NCBI GenBank assembly: GCA_965237955.1 | Contig: OZ250169.1 | Span: 2,464,001-2,528,000 of the forward strand | DNA: 64,000 bases | Reading direction: 5' to 3' | Source of the DNA: Candidatus Marinacidobacterales bacterium | GTDB taxonomy: Bacteria > Acidobacteriota > Vicinamibacteria > Marinacidobacterales > SMYC01 | Shown here: positions 1 to 9,225 of the stretch, piece after piece | Layout of the letters: every line of letters starts with the position of its first letter | Numbering within the stretch: the first letter of the stretch is position 1 | Translations under genes and position numbers: made by a program | The notes under the pieces: model-generated | What the model saw: only the letters and a program-made list of their open reading frames with translations | Told to the model about the DNA's origin: nothing | Database searches by the model: none

Positions 1-104
1 CTCTTACAAACGTAAGAACGAAGACAATTGTTTGGAGAGGTGCGAGTTGTGCGCGTTGTTTTCAGTTCGAGACGGAACGGGTGTCGGCACGCCTTACAAA
101 TGCG

Positions 105-506
105 TTACGGCGCGCGCGATGCACGCACCACCGAGCTTGCTTGCGGGCCCATGTGTTTCGTCACCAGGCGGAAGAAGATCCCCGACTCCTTCAAGCTCAT
201 GATGTGCTTGCTCAAGGCAACGCGGAGCCCCGAGCCTTTGCGCATTGCGAAACCGAAGTGCTGGCGTTCGCCGAACGTGAGCGAGATCTCGAGCCCGGGA
301 TAGTCGTCGATCACCGGGATGATGGCACTGGAGTCGCCGGCTGCGGCGCGGATCTCACCGCTCGCCACCGCGGAGAGTAAGCCCGGTATGCCGTCTCGCT
401 GAACCACTTCCACGCCCCCTATTTTCGACAACCCTTCCTCGGCCGTCGTTTTCGCGAGTGCGCCGACTTGTGAACCCGTGAGGTCTTGGAGTGACGTGCT
501 GGTCAT
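105..506 (-). pseudogene. C-terminal half of an amino-acid ABC transporter substrate-binding protein (SBP family 3)
   Basis: SLQDLTG..VG, GEIRAAAGD and HFGFAMRKGS motifs are typical of the SBP_bac_3 C-lobe. Only 133 aa, with no signal peptide. Confidence 0.6.
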
Positions 507-1392
507 TTCCGTGTATCAACGTGATCGCGATGGACGAGTGCCACGCCGGCGATGGTGGCGATGCCGCCGAGCACGGAGAGAAGCTCGGGGTCTCCCCCAA
601 GAGTGCCCACCCGAGCAAGTACGCAAGGACGGGCACGAGATAGAGCAAAGTGACGGCCCTCGAAACCGGGAGCTTCGAGACGATGTGCCCCATCGCAGAT
701 ACGCACCCGCGGAGGGTCCGATACCGAGATAGAGTGCCACCAGGCTTGCCGAGCGTGGCGCCATCGTAACCGCGTCGATGAGCTCAGGTGTGAACATCGA
801 GAAGCATCAGAAATCCACACACGGTGGATACTGTGGTGAGCTCGAGCGCGCCGTAGCGCCCGAGCATGTCTTTCTGGACGATGAAATAGACCGCCTGTGA
901 GATCGCCCCAACCAGAACGAAGATCGCGCCCATCTCGAGCGTCAGGCCGCCACCGTTGGTGACGTTGGCACCAATCGAGACGAGCCCCGCACCCGCGAAC
1001 GCGATCGCCATGCCCAACGCACCCCGCCGGCCCAAGTGATCCTTCAAAAACATTGCCGCCAGCAGCACCGTGAATACGGGCGTGGTATTGACGAGAAGAC
1101 TTGCGGCCCCGGCACTCACGGTACGCTCGCCGGCATTGAGCGCGACATGGTAGATGAACACTCCGGTGAGGCCGAGCGTCGCGAACCCGAGCCAATCCGG
1201 ACGAGTTGCCCGGCGCAGAGACGCACCCCGTCCGCTGGCGACCATGTAGCTCGTGAGGAGAATTGATGCAACCAGGAAACGGAAGAGAGCCAGTGCGCCC
1301 GGGGAGTAGTGCTCAATCGCGACACGAATGCCGACGAACGCGGACGCCCACAGAAAAAGCGTCACCGCGAGTACGACACCGACACGATGCAT
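503..1392 (-). pseudogene. DMT/EamA family transporter, several frameshifts
   Basis: LWASAFVGIR..RFLVAS N-terminus. The EamA-like hydrophobic sequence continues across ORFs 784-1392, 516-797, 355-693 and the 3' end of 503-1195. Confidence 0.8.
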
Positions 1393-1433
1393 GGTTAGGT
1401 CTTAGCAGAGGATGGCGTCGTGGGGGAATTGAT

Positions 1434-1574
1434 TCAGGACAGTTGGGAGAAGAAATCGTTTTCCTTGTCGTCGACGACGATGAACGCCAGAAACTTCTCG
1501 ACATCGATGCAGAAAATCGCATCCATGCCGAGCTCTTCGTACTCGACGACCTCCACATGCTTGATGGACTCGAG
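1434..1574 (-). pseudogene. 3' remnant of class I fumarate hydratase
   Basis: [39 protein letters not shown] matches the FumA/B C-terminus pattern ([29 protein letters not shown]). Confidence 0.8.
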
Positions 1575-1982
1575 ACGGGGCTCGTTCTCTATCTGAGACA
1601 GGAAGGCCGGTGGATCGGCCTTATTAATAAGGTTAAGGCCTATGCGCTCCAGGACGAGGGCCTCGACACCGTCGAAGCAAATCTCGTCCTCGGCTTCCGC
1701 GACGCCGAGCGGGATTACGCCATTGCAGCCCACATGATCATGAGCTTGAACGTCAAATCCATCGAGCTCATGACCAACAACCCGCGCAAGGTCGAGCAGC
1801 TGACGCACAACGGGGTTCACGTGAGCCGGCGCTTACCGCACGTGATCCCCCCGAACGGACACAATCGCTTCTACCTGGAGACGAAACGCGACCGCTCGGG
1901 CCACGTCATCGACTTCGCCGGGAAGCCCCACCTCATGGAGCAGAGCGACCCCGTCCTCGTCGACGGCATGCCCGAGACTTGA
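1572..1982 (+). pseudogene. ribA: 3' remnant of GTP cyclohydrolase II
   Basis: LYLRQEGR(W)[45 protein letters not shown]. The N-terminal Zn-binding half is absent. Confidence 0.85.
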
Positions 1983-1994
1983 AGCCTGGCGAGG

Positions 1995-3662
1995 CTACTG
2001 TAGTCCTTCGATCTGGCCGTTTCTGAAGTCGATGTCCTCCGCGCGCGGCTTCCGCGGAAGACCGGGCATCCGCATGATGTCTCCGGTCAAGACGACGAGG
2101 AATCCAGCCCCGGCGTTGATCTGAAACCAGCGCACGGTGACCTCGAAATTATCGGGACGGCCGCGGAGCTTGGGATCGTCCGAGAGCGAGCTCTGTGTCT
2201 TGGCGATGCAGACCGGAAGCTTCTCGTACCCGAGCCGCTTGATGTCGGCGAGATCGCGTTCCGCCGCCTTGGTGAAGACGACGTCTCTGGCTCCGTACAT
2301 CGTCTGAGCCACTTTGCGGATCTTGTCGGGCACGGGATCGGACAGCTCGTAAAGAGGTGTGTACGCGGTGTGATGCGCGCGCGCTTGCTCCATCACGGTC
2401 TTGGCGAGCTCGATCGCGCCTTCGCCACCTTTCGCATGGTGGTCGGAGATGGCGAACGGTACGTTGAGCTCGGCGCAGTGCTCACGGACGACACGGATTT
2501 CTTCGTCGGTATCGTTGCCGAACCGGTTCAGAGCGACGACGGGCGGTTGTCCGAAGTGGCGGATGCTCTCGATGTGCTTGTCGAGGTTGGGGAGACCGGC
2601 TCGCACAGCATCCGCGTCGGGCTCGGCGAGCTCTTTCTGATCTTTGCCACCGTGCATCTTGAGCGCGCGGATCGTCGCCACCAGCACGACGCACGCGGGG
2701 TCGAGCCCGGCCGAGCGACATTTGATGTCGAAGAACTTCTCGGCGCCCAGATCGAACCCAAAACCCGCTTCGGTGACGACCCAGTCGGCGAGATGGAGCG
2801 CGGTCTTGGTCGCGATGACGCTGTTACATCCGTGGGCGATGTTCGCGAACGGCCCACCGTGGATGAGCGCCGGCACGCCTTCGAGTGTTTGCACCAGGTT
2901 CGGGTTCATCGCGTCGCTCAACAGAGCGAGCATGGCGCCGGAGACGTTGAGCTTGTCGGCGGTGACTGGCTCTTTGTCGCGGGTAAAGCCCACGAGCGTC
3001 CGGTCGAGTCGCTCTCTCAGATCATTCTCGTTCTCGGCGAGACAGAGGATCGCCATGACTTCGGACGCGGCGGTGATGTCGAATCCGGTTTCGCGCGGAA
3101 TACCCTGGAGGGGCCCGCCGAGGCCGACGACGATGTGTCGCAACGAGCGATCGTTCATGTCGATGACCCGTCGCCAAAGCGTCCGTCTGGGGTCCAAGCC
3201 GAGCGCGTTTCCAAAATGAATGTGGTTGTCGAACGCTGCCGCGAGAAGATTGTGCGCCGTGGTGATGGCGTGGAAGTCGCCGGTGAAGTGCAGGTTGATG
3301 CGCTCCATCGGATACACCTGGCTCAAACCGCCGCCGGTCGCACCTCCCTTGATCCCCATGCACGGTCCGAGAGAAGGCTCACGAAGAGCGAGACACACGG
3401 ATTCGTCCAGCTGGTTGAAGCCTTGAGCGAGCCCGATGCTGGTCGTGGTTTTACCTTCGCCAGCCGGCGTGGGTGTGATCGCCGAGACCAGGATCAACTT
3501 GGAGCTCTTGTTTCGGGGAGGTTTGTCGAGAACGGACACGTTCACCTTGGCGATGTATCGTCCGTAAGGCTGCCACTCCTCGGCGGTGAGCCCTAGTTTT
3601 TCCGCGATATCGCCAATGGGTTTGGCGTCAGTGGAACGGGATATTTCGATATCAGTTTTCAT
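1995..3662 (-). CDS. fhs: formate--tetrahydrofolate ligase
   Basis: 555 aa, with ITPTPAGEGKTT, INLHFTGDFHAI, HGGPFANIAHG and IMRMPGLP motifs. Confidence 0.97.
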   Translation of the reverse strand: MKTDIEISRSTDAKPIGDIAEKLGLTAEEWQPYGRYIAKVNVSVLDKPPRNKSSKLILVSAITPTPAGEGKTTTSIGLAQGFNQLDESVCLALREPSLGPCMGIKGGATGGGLSQVYPMERINLHFTGDFHAITTAHNLLAAAFDNHIHFGNALGLDPRRTLWRRVIDMNDRSLRHIVVGLGGPLQGIPRETGFDITAASEVMAILCLAENENDLRERLDRTLVGFTRDKEPVTADKLNVSGAMLALLSDAMNPNLVQTLEGVPALIHGGPFANIAHGCNSVIATKTALHLADWVVTEAGFGFDLGAEKFFDIKCRSAGLDPACVVLVATIRALKMHGGKDQKELAEPDADAVRAGLPNLDKHIESIRHFGQPPVVALNRFGNDTDEEIRVVREHCAELNVPFAISDHHAKGGEGAIELAKTVMEQARAHHTAYTPLYELSDPVPDKIRKVAQTMYGARDVVFTKAAERDLADIKRLGYEKLPVCIAKTQSSLSDDPKLRGRPDNFEVTVRWFQINAGAGFLVVLTGDIMRMPGLPRKPRAEDIDFRNGQIEGLQ

Positions 3663-3672
3663 CGTTTTACCT

Positions 3673-4547
3673 TCACTCCGCGTCGCGCATGAGCGCGTGG
3701 ACTTTTTCGTGATAGAGAGAGATGAGTTTTTGGGTAACGGGTCCGGGACGGCCGTCGGCTATGGGTTGCTCGTCGACTTTCACGATGGGAACGACTTGTC
3801 GGGACGACGCGGTGATGAAAACCTCGTCGGCACCGAGAAGCTCGTCGGGAAGCAGAATTCTTTCCTCGAGATAGAATCCGCCTTCGCGTGCGATCGACAC
3901 AACGAGCTCCCGGGTAATGCCCTCGAGAATGCCTGCCGAGATCGGTGGCGTTGCGATCGTAGCGTCGGTGACGACGAAGACGTTCGACATCGACCCTTCG
4001 CAAACCTCGCCCTTCGGGTTCAGCATCAACGCCTCATAGGCGCCTTGCTCGTGCGCTTGGCGAAGAGCCATGAGATTGTTCAGCAAGTTGGACGACTTGA
4101 TCCGCGGGCTCAGATTGCCTCGGCCGGCACGCATGATGGACACGAAGGACGCCGTCGCCCCATCTTTGTAGAGACTCTCGGGGAACGGCGGCAGCGGGCG
4201 CACCACGACAACGATGGTCGGTTTCTTGGTGGAGCCTTGGCGGTAGTCGATGGCCCCGACGCCGCGGAGACGACGATGCGGATGGAGGATTCGGCGTTTC
4301 CCGAATCTTCGAGGGTCTCGTAGACGCGTCGCGTCAGCGTCTCGTCGCTCTCGACGATGTCGATCCCGAGTGCGAGCGCCGACTCGCGTAGCCGTTTCAG
4401 GTGCCGCTCGACCAGAAACGGTACGCCGTCATAGGTCCGCACGGTTTCGTAGACGCTCGCCCCGAACAGAAAACCCTGGTCCAGAGGGGACAAAAGGCGG
4501 TCCCGCTCGGATCCCAGCTGCCCGTCGACGTTGATGCGTATGGTCAT
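3673..4547 (-). pseudogene. class IV (branched-chain/D-amino-acid/ADC-lyase type) aminotransferase, one frameshift near 4262
   Basis: DQGFLFGASVYET..HLKRL in ORF 4110-4547, continuing as EGSMSNVF..ILEGITR..ADEVFIT in ORF 3673-4206. Confidence 0.85.
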
Positions 4548-4697
4548 GCCCAGCCTCGAGTCACAAACTCGCTATTATCCCTCGAAGGCGGGGCGGCTGG
4601 ATAGTGGAATCTCGAAGGTACCGAACGCGCGACGATGGTGCAGCCGGAGCACCGTTAGGTTTCATTGCGCTCGTGCATAGCGTACCCTGAAGGCTTC

Positions 4698-6346
4698 ATG
4701 CGTCGATTGGTGATCGCGGTCTCTGTTGCTCTTTCGGTTGCGTGCACTGAGCCTGACCCGCCGCCCGAACCAAAGCGCGACGCATCGCAAGGGGCGGGTA
4801 AACACGTCCAGCTCTTACACCTCGATGGCTACCGACCCGATTTGACCCGGACGCTCCTCGAGGCCGGAAGGCTTCCCCGCCTCTTTGAGCTTCGAGCGCG
4901 CGGTCGCATCTCTTACCAGGCCACGACCGTCGACAAATCGGAGACGATGAAAGTCATCCAGTCCTATCTGACGTCGCAGCTCGATACCAGGGTCGCTGGC
5001 TGGTGGCAATTCGATCGGGAGCGGTTTCGGTTCGCGAACTACTGGCTCGACCCGGCCGAGGTGTTGAACTACGCGCTCGGTCTCGAGTTTCCGGTGAGCC
5101 CCACGATCCAGGACTTTCTCGCGGCGCGCGCGCAAAATCTCGTTGCCGGGATGAGCCTCGCCCGCCGAAGCGTTCCTTTCGAGAATTACGGGCGCTCCTA
5201 CCTCGAAGGCGTGGCTGCCGTGTCGGCTCACACTTATCACGAGCAAGCGGACGCGACGACGAAGAGTTTTCTAGAAATTCATCGCCGGATCGTTCGTGAC
5301 GGCGAGCAACCTCCAGCGCTCTCGACGTTGCTGCTCGCGGCAGCCGACGAGTTCTCGCATGCCTACGGTGTGACCACGGCGCGCGACGAAGCCGAGCACT
5401 GCTTCCGTCGCGATGACGATGGTATGGATAGCACCGTCTTTCGTTTGCTGAACGAGGATTCGACCCTCCGGGATTTCGAGACACGCTACTTTACCCGCGT
5501 TGCTCGAGGCCGCGGGGGGGCCGCCGACGAAATCTGCATCGAGCTCCCGTTGATCGAAGGTCGTCGAGCGGAGCCCCGTTATGTTCTATCCATGATCGTT
5601 GTCGACATCGAGCTTGGCTACGTCATCGATTTTTTCAAGAGCGTTCGCTTCGACGACGGCGAATCTCTTTTCGACCGCACCCTTTTTATCGTGTTTGGCG
5701 ACCACGGCATGGTCGACACCGCGAACGGCATGGTAGACCGGGCCGGCGGCGAGAGCTTGATCACCTATCTGAATCGCCGGCTCGGGCTCGAAACCGGGCA
5801 GCGGGAGACGGCGCTTCCCGACGATATCGAGCTCGGAATCGACTACCAGCACCTGCCGCGCCGATTACGCCAGCCGGAGAGTTATCGTGAGTGGCAGAGT
5901 GAAAACGTCCGCGCCCTCACCGAAGAGGCGAGCTTGTGGTCGCAGGAGTTTTATCGAGAAGGGCGCGAGCTGCTGCTCACCGACTTGCACGAGAGCTACT
6001 GGTGGCTATTTTTTCTAAGGCGGCTTCTCGTCGATCCCAAGGTTGACGAAGCTCTCGATCCCGTGGCCGAGCAAGCGCTCGCTACGTTCCGAAACCTCTA
6101 CCTCCGAAGCCGTCCGGAGTACCTGGCCGCCGAGACCGAGGCGAATCGCGACTTCTACGACCGGAACGTGCGGCTGGTGTATGGAGGCGGTGCCCGGAAC
6201 AACGCGGAGGTCTTCATCCCCGTCTGCGGAGCCAACCGAGCTTGCTCGTGGGAGCGTCGACCCAGCTACGACGAGATTCTGAGGTATCGAGACGGCGCTC
6301 TGATGGAGGCGCTGGTCGAGAACCCGGGCGTCGGCCTTATCTTTAT
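4698..6346 (+). pseudogene. alkaline phosphatase/NPP superfamily lipoprotein, 5' part (interrupted by ISL3)
   Basis: Lipobox-like SVAC, plus LHLDG, DEFSH and GDHG metal-binding motifs. The frame is restored when the IS is removed. Confidence 0.75.
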
Positions 6347-6382
6347 GGTTCTCCTGTCGTTTCGGGGGATCTGATTTGTGTT

Positions 6383-6704
6383 GGAGGGCATGGCCTATGG
6401 ACGCTGCCGCGATTGTGGAAAACGCCGGAAACTCCGGGCGAGAGAGGCGTTTAGGGAAAGGTTGTGAGCACGTACAAACGTGGAGCGGCGTTTTCCACAA
6501 TCGCTTGGAAAACGCTTCGCGTTTCCCACGAGCGCCCACAGGCCCCTCCTGATATATATACAAGAAAGATTAATTCATATGGAATAAGGAAGGGGGGGCT
6601 CGATTAGTGGAGGCTATGGAAAACGCCCTTCCAGGCTTCGAAGAGAACTCAGTCGTGAGCAAGGTCTGAACGACCAGAACCGTGGGGGCGTTTCCCACAG
6701 CCTC
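6383..6704 (-). ncRNA. candidate structured RNA or ssDNA element in the ISL3 left non-coding region
   Basis: Perfect 19-bp stem 6409-6427/6486-6504 plus three further stems. Five A.C mismatches on + become G.U on the minus strand. Confidence 0.5.
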
Positions 6705-6829
6705 GTCTCCCGCTGAGGGGCAGTGGCATTTGGTGAGGCCCGTGGGTTGAGAGGGTAAGCCATGTGTAGATGCGCATCGGCGAGAACGCTAGAATCTTTT
6801 TTTCCGAAAGAGAAAAGAGCGTTCCCGCG

Positions 6830-8050
6830 ATGCGCGTTACTACGTTAGTCAACAAGCTCATCGGATTGCAAGGCCTGTGGGTCCGAGGTTTCCACTTCCA
6901 GGCGGACAAAGCCAGAGTGGTGGTGGATGTAGTACCACGGAGGAGGAAGCCTCTGTGCGGGATTTGCGGACGAAAGGTCCGCAAGAACAAAGATCGCTAC
7001 AATCGCTACTGGCGGCACTTGGACCTGTTCGGAGTCCGGACCTATCTTCGCTACTCGATCCGACGAGTGGTATGTCGGCGGTGTGGAGTGGTCAGAGAAA
7101 AGGTGCCTTGGGCCGACAAGGGAAGCCGCTTTACCAAAAGCTTCGAACAAGAGGTAGCGTGGCTGGCACAGAGGACGGACGTCAGCGCCGTAGCGAACTA
7201 TTTCCGAGTGACGTGGCGTTCGGTGCGACGGATCATCCAGCGAGTGGTTGCCGAGCAGCGGGATGAGCGGCGCGAGCTCGATGGATTGCGGGTGATTGGG
7301 ATGGACGAGATCAGCTACCGCAAACGCCACAAGTACTTAACAGTGGTAATAGACCATCTCAGCGGCCGGGTCGTCTGGGCGGGAAAGGAGCGCAAGGCCA
7401 AGACGCTGCTGCGGTTTTTCCGCAAGCTCGGACCACAAAGAGCCGCGGAGCTCGAAGCGGTCAGCATGGACATGTGGGAGCCGTACATAACTGTCGTCGG
7501 CAAAAAGGCTCCTCAGGCACGGGTGATCTTTGACCGCTTCCACATCGTCAAGCATCTGAACGAGGCCGTGGATAAGACCCGGCGCGAGCTGGTGCGCGAG
7601 CTCAAAGGGACTGCCCGGCGCAACCTCAAGAACACCAAGTTTCCCCTTCTCAAGGCCAAACACAACCGCAGCGCGAAAGACAAACGGGTGCTCCGCGAGC
7701 AGGTGCGAGCTAATCGTCGCCTCTACAGCGCCATGCTTCTGCGCGACGACTTCATGGACCTCTACACCTACAAAACCGAGACATGGGCCAAGAAGTTTCT
7801 CCGAGGATGGCTGCGGCGCGCTATGAGCTCGAGGATAGAGCCCGTCAAACGCGCGGCGAAGATGATCCGCAGCCACTTCGATGGCGTCATCGCGTGGGTC
7901 ACGTGGAGACTCAGCAACGGCCGACTCGAAGGAATGAACAACAAAATCCGGCTGCTGAGCCACCGCAGCTTTGGACTCCACTCTGCCGAAGCTCTCATCA
8001 GTCTCGTCTACCTAAACTGTGGCGGTCTCACCCTCGAGAGGATCCACTGA
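6830..8050 (+). CDS. ISL3 family transposase
   Basis: Zn-finger CxxC..CxxC, IGMDE, SMDM, FDRFH and SNGRLEGMNNKI motifs. Confidence 0.96.
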   Translation: MRVTTLVNKLIGLQGLWVRGFHFQADKARVVVDVVPRRRKPLCGICGRKVRKNKDRYNRYWRHLDLFGVRTYLRYSIRRVVCRRCGVVREKVPWADKGSRFTKSFEQEVAWLAQRTDVSAVANYFRVTWRSVRRIIQRVVAEQRDERRELDGLRVIGMDEISYRKRHKYLTVVIDHLSGRVVWAGKERKAKTLLRFFRKLGPQRAAELEAVSMDMWEPYITVVGKKAPQARVIFDRFHIVKHLNEAVDKTRRELVRELKGTARRNLKNTKFPLLKAKHNRSAKDKRVLREQVRANRRLYSAMLLRDDFMDLYTYKTETWAKKFLRGWLRRAMSSRIEPVKRAAKMIRSHFDGVIAWVTWRLSNGRLEGMNNKIRLLSHRSFGLHSAEALISLVYLNCGGLTLERIH

Positions 8051-8073
8051 AATGGCAGGAGAGGCATCTTTAT

Positions 8074-8920
8074 TAGAAGGAACAACGAGGCGTACTCAGC
8101 CGGTGCCCGCCTTCCGGCTCAGCTCGAGGTGGAGGTGCGTGACCGCGAAGGTCATCGGGGCGTGATCACGGTGAGCCAGGATGCGGCAACGTCCGCGCTC
8201 GTGTTCCACTATCGAACCGATCCAAGCTCCGATGCGGACCCTCTCGGTTACGAAGCGTGGGGGCGCGGCGACGGGACGTTCGGCACGTACAACGAGTGGA
8301 ACGATCGGACGATCGACAGCGACTACGTCAATGTCGTCGGGGGGATGGGCGCGTATCTCTACTCGCACAACCCGGCGATTGGTGATGTCGTCGTGATGCA
8401 CGCCACCAACTGGAATTTCGGGGAGAACGTTGGAGGGCATGGCGGCGTTCATGGTGGCGAGAAGCGTACTGTGATGCTCGTATCCAATCCGGGCGGTCCG
8501 GGCGGCCCCGGTGTCGGCTCGGGAGAGCTACGAGCTCGAGCTCGCTACGCCACGACCGAGGATGGCTCCGTCATCCAAGTCGAGGGCAAAACGCATGTGC
8601 CTACCCTTCTCGATATCGCGCCGACGGCGCTCTCGTTTCTCGGCTATGCGCCAGAGGAGCTCGACGCCTTTGCCGAGAACGAGTTCAAAGCCCACTTGGA
8701 CCAATGGATCCGTTCTCAGCACGACGACATTCTCGTTCACCTCGAAACGATGAGTTCGCTCGAAAAAGCGAAAGACGAAGCCGGCCTTCCCGAGTTGAGC
8801 TTGGAGCCGCTCATGCCGCGCATTTCCCGCCTCCTCGAGTTCGTGGGGACGGCTCGCGAGAAAACCTTGGCGCGCGTCGCGCCGCGACCGATATTGGGGA
8901 ACGAGCTGATCATCGAATGA
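8074..8920 (+). pseudogene. alkaline phosphatase/NPP superfamily lipoprotein, 3' part
   Basis: GGHGG and LLDIAPTAL motifs. In frame with the 5' part across the duplicated target (GLIF-IRRNNEAY). Confidence 0.8.
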
Positions 8921-8960
8921 AGTCCGCCAAAGTCGTTTCCGTCAACGTCGGTCGTCTTTC
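8917..8960 (+). pseudogene. possible N-terminal remnant of a MOSC-domain protein
   Basis: MKSAKVVSVNVGR starts in ATGA overlap with the upstream stop. Similarity is lost after that. Confidence 0.4.
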
Positions 8961-9225
8961 GCATCTACAGCCGCGATCGCGACGAGGTCAAAAAGCTTCT
9001 CGACGTAGCCGAGCTTTCAGAAAGCTGGCGGAAAGCTGGCGATCGTGGGCCGAGCGCCGTCTCCAGAAGAAATGACCAGCGCTATCAGTAGGGAAGACTT
9101 GCTTCACTTGAGAGGTATCGCCGGGAGTTGTTTCAGGGTCCGATTCGCTGGGTCGATCGTGATACCGACAGATTCCAGCGCCGTGATCCCCAGGAGCGGC
9201 TCTCGGCCCTCGGGACCGAAAATCA

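Larger units (their letters stand above)
6347..8065 (+). mobile_element. ISL3 family insertion sequence (1719 bp)
   Basis: Imperfect terminal IRs GGTTCTCCTGTCGTTTCGGGGGA / GCCTCTCCTGCCATTTCAGTGGA. 8-bp target duplication ATCTTTAT at 6339-6346 and 8066-8073. Confidence 0.95.

Noticed and set aside
1-108. CTTACAAA direct repeat (3-10, 93-100) as a mobile-element end
   Set aside because: Too short, and the window edge removes the context needed.
1263-1982. 239-aa ORF as an intact RibA with a novel N-terminus
   Set aside because: The N-terminal part is the antisense of EamA and fumarase remnants, and the Zn-binding Cys region is missing.
2370-3596. Long alternative-frame ORFs (also 30383-31480, 36816-37886, 53873-54955 and others)
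   Set aside because: They are antisense shadows of well-supported genes, as expected from high-GC codon bias.
9020-9041. Tandem GAAAGCTGGCG duplication
   Set aside because: Two copies only, in decayed intergenic DNA. Most likely slippage.
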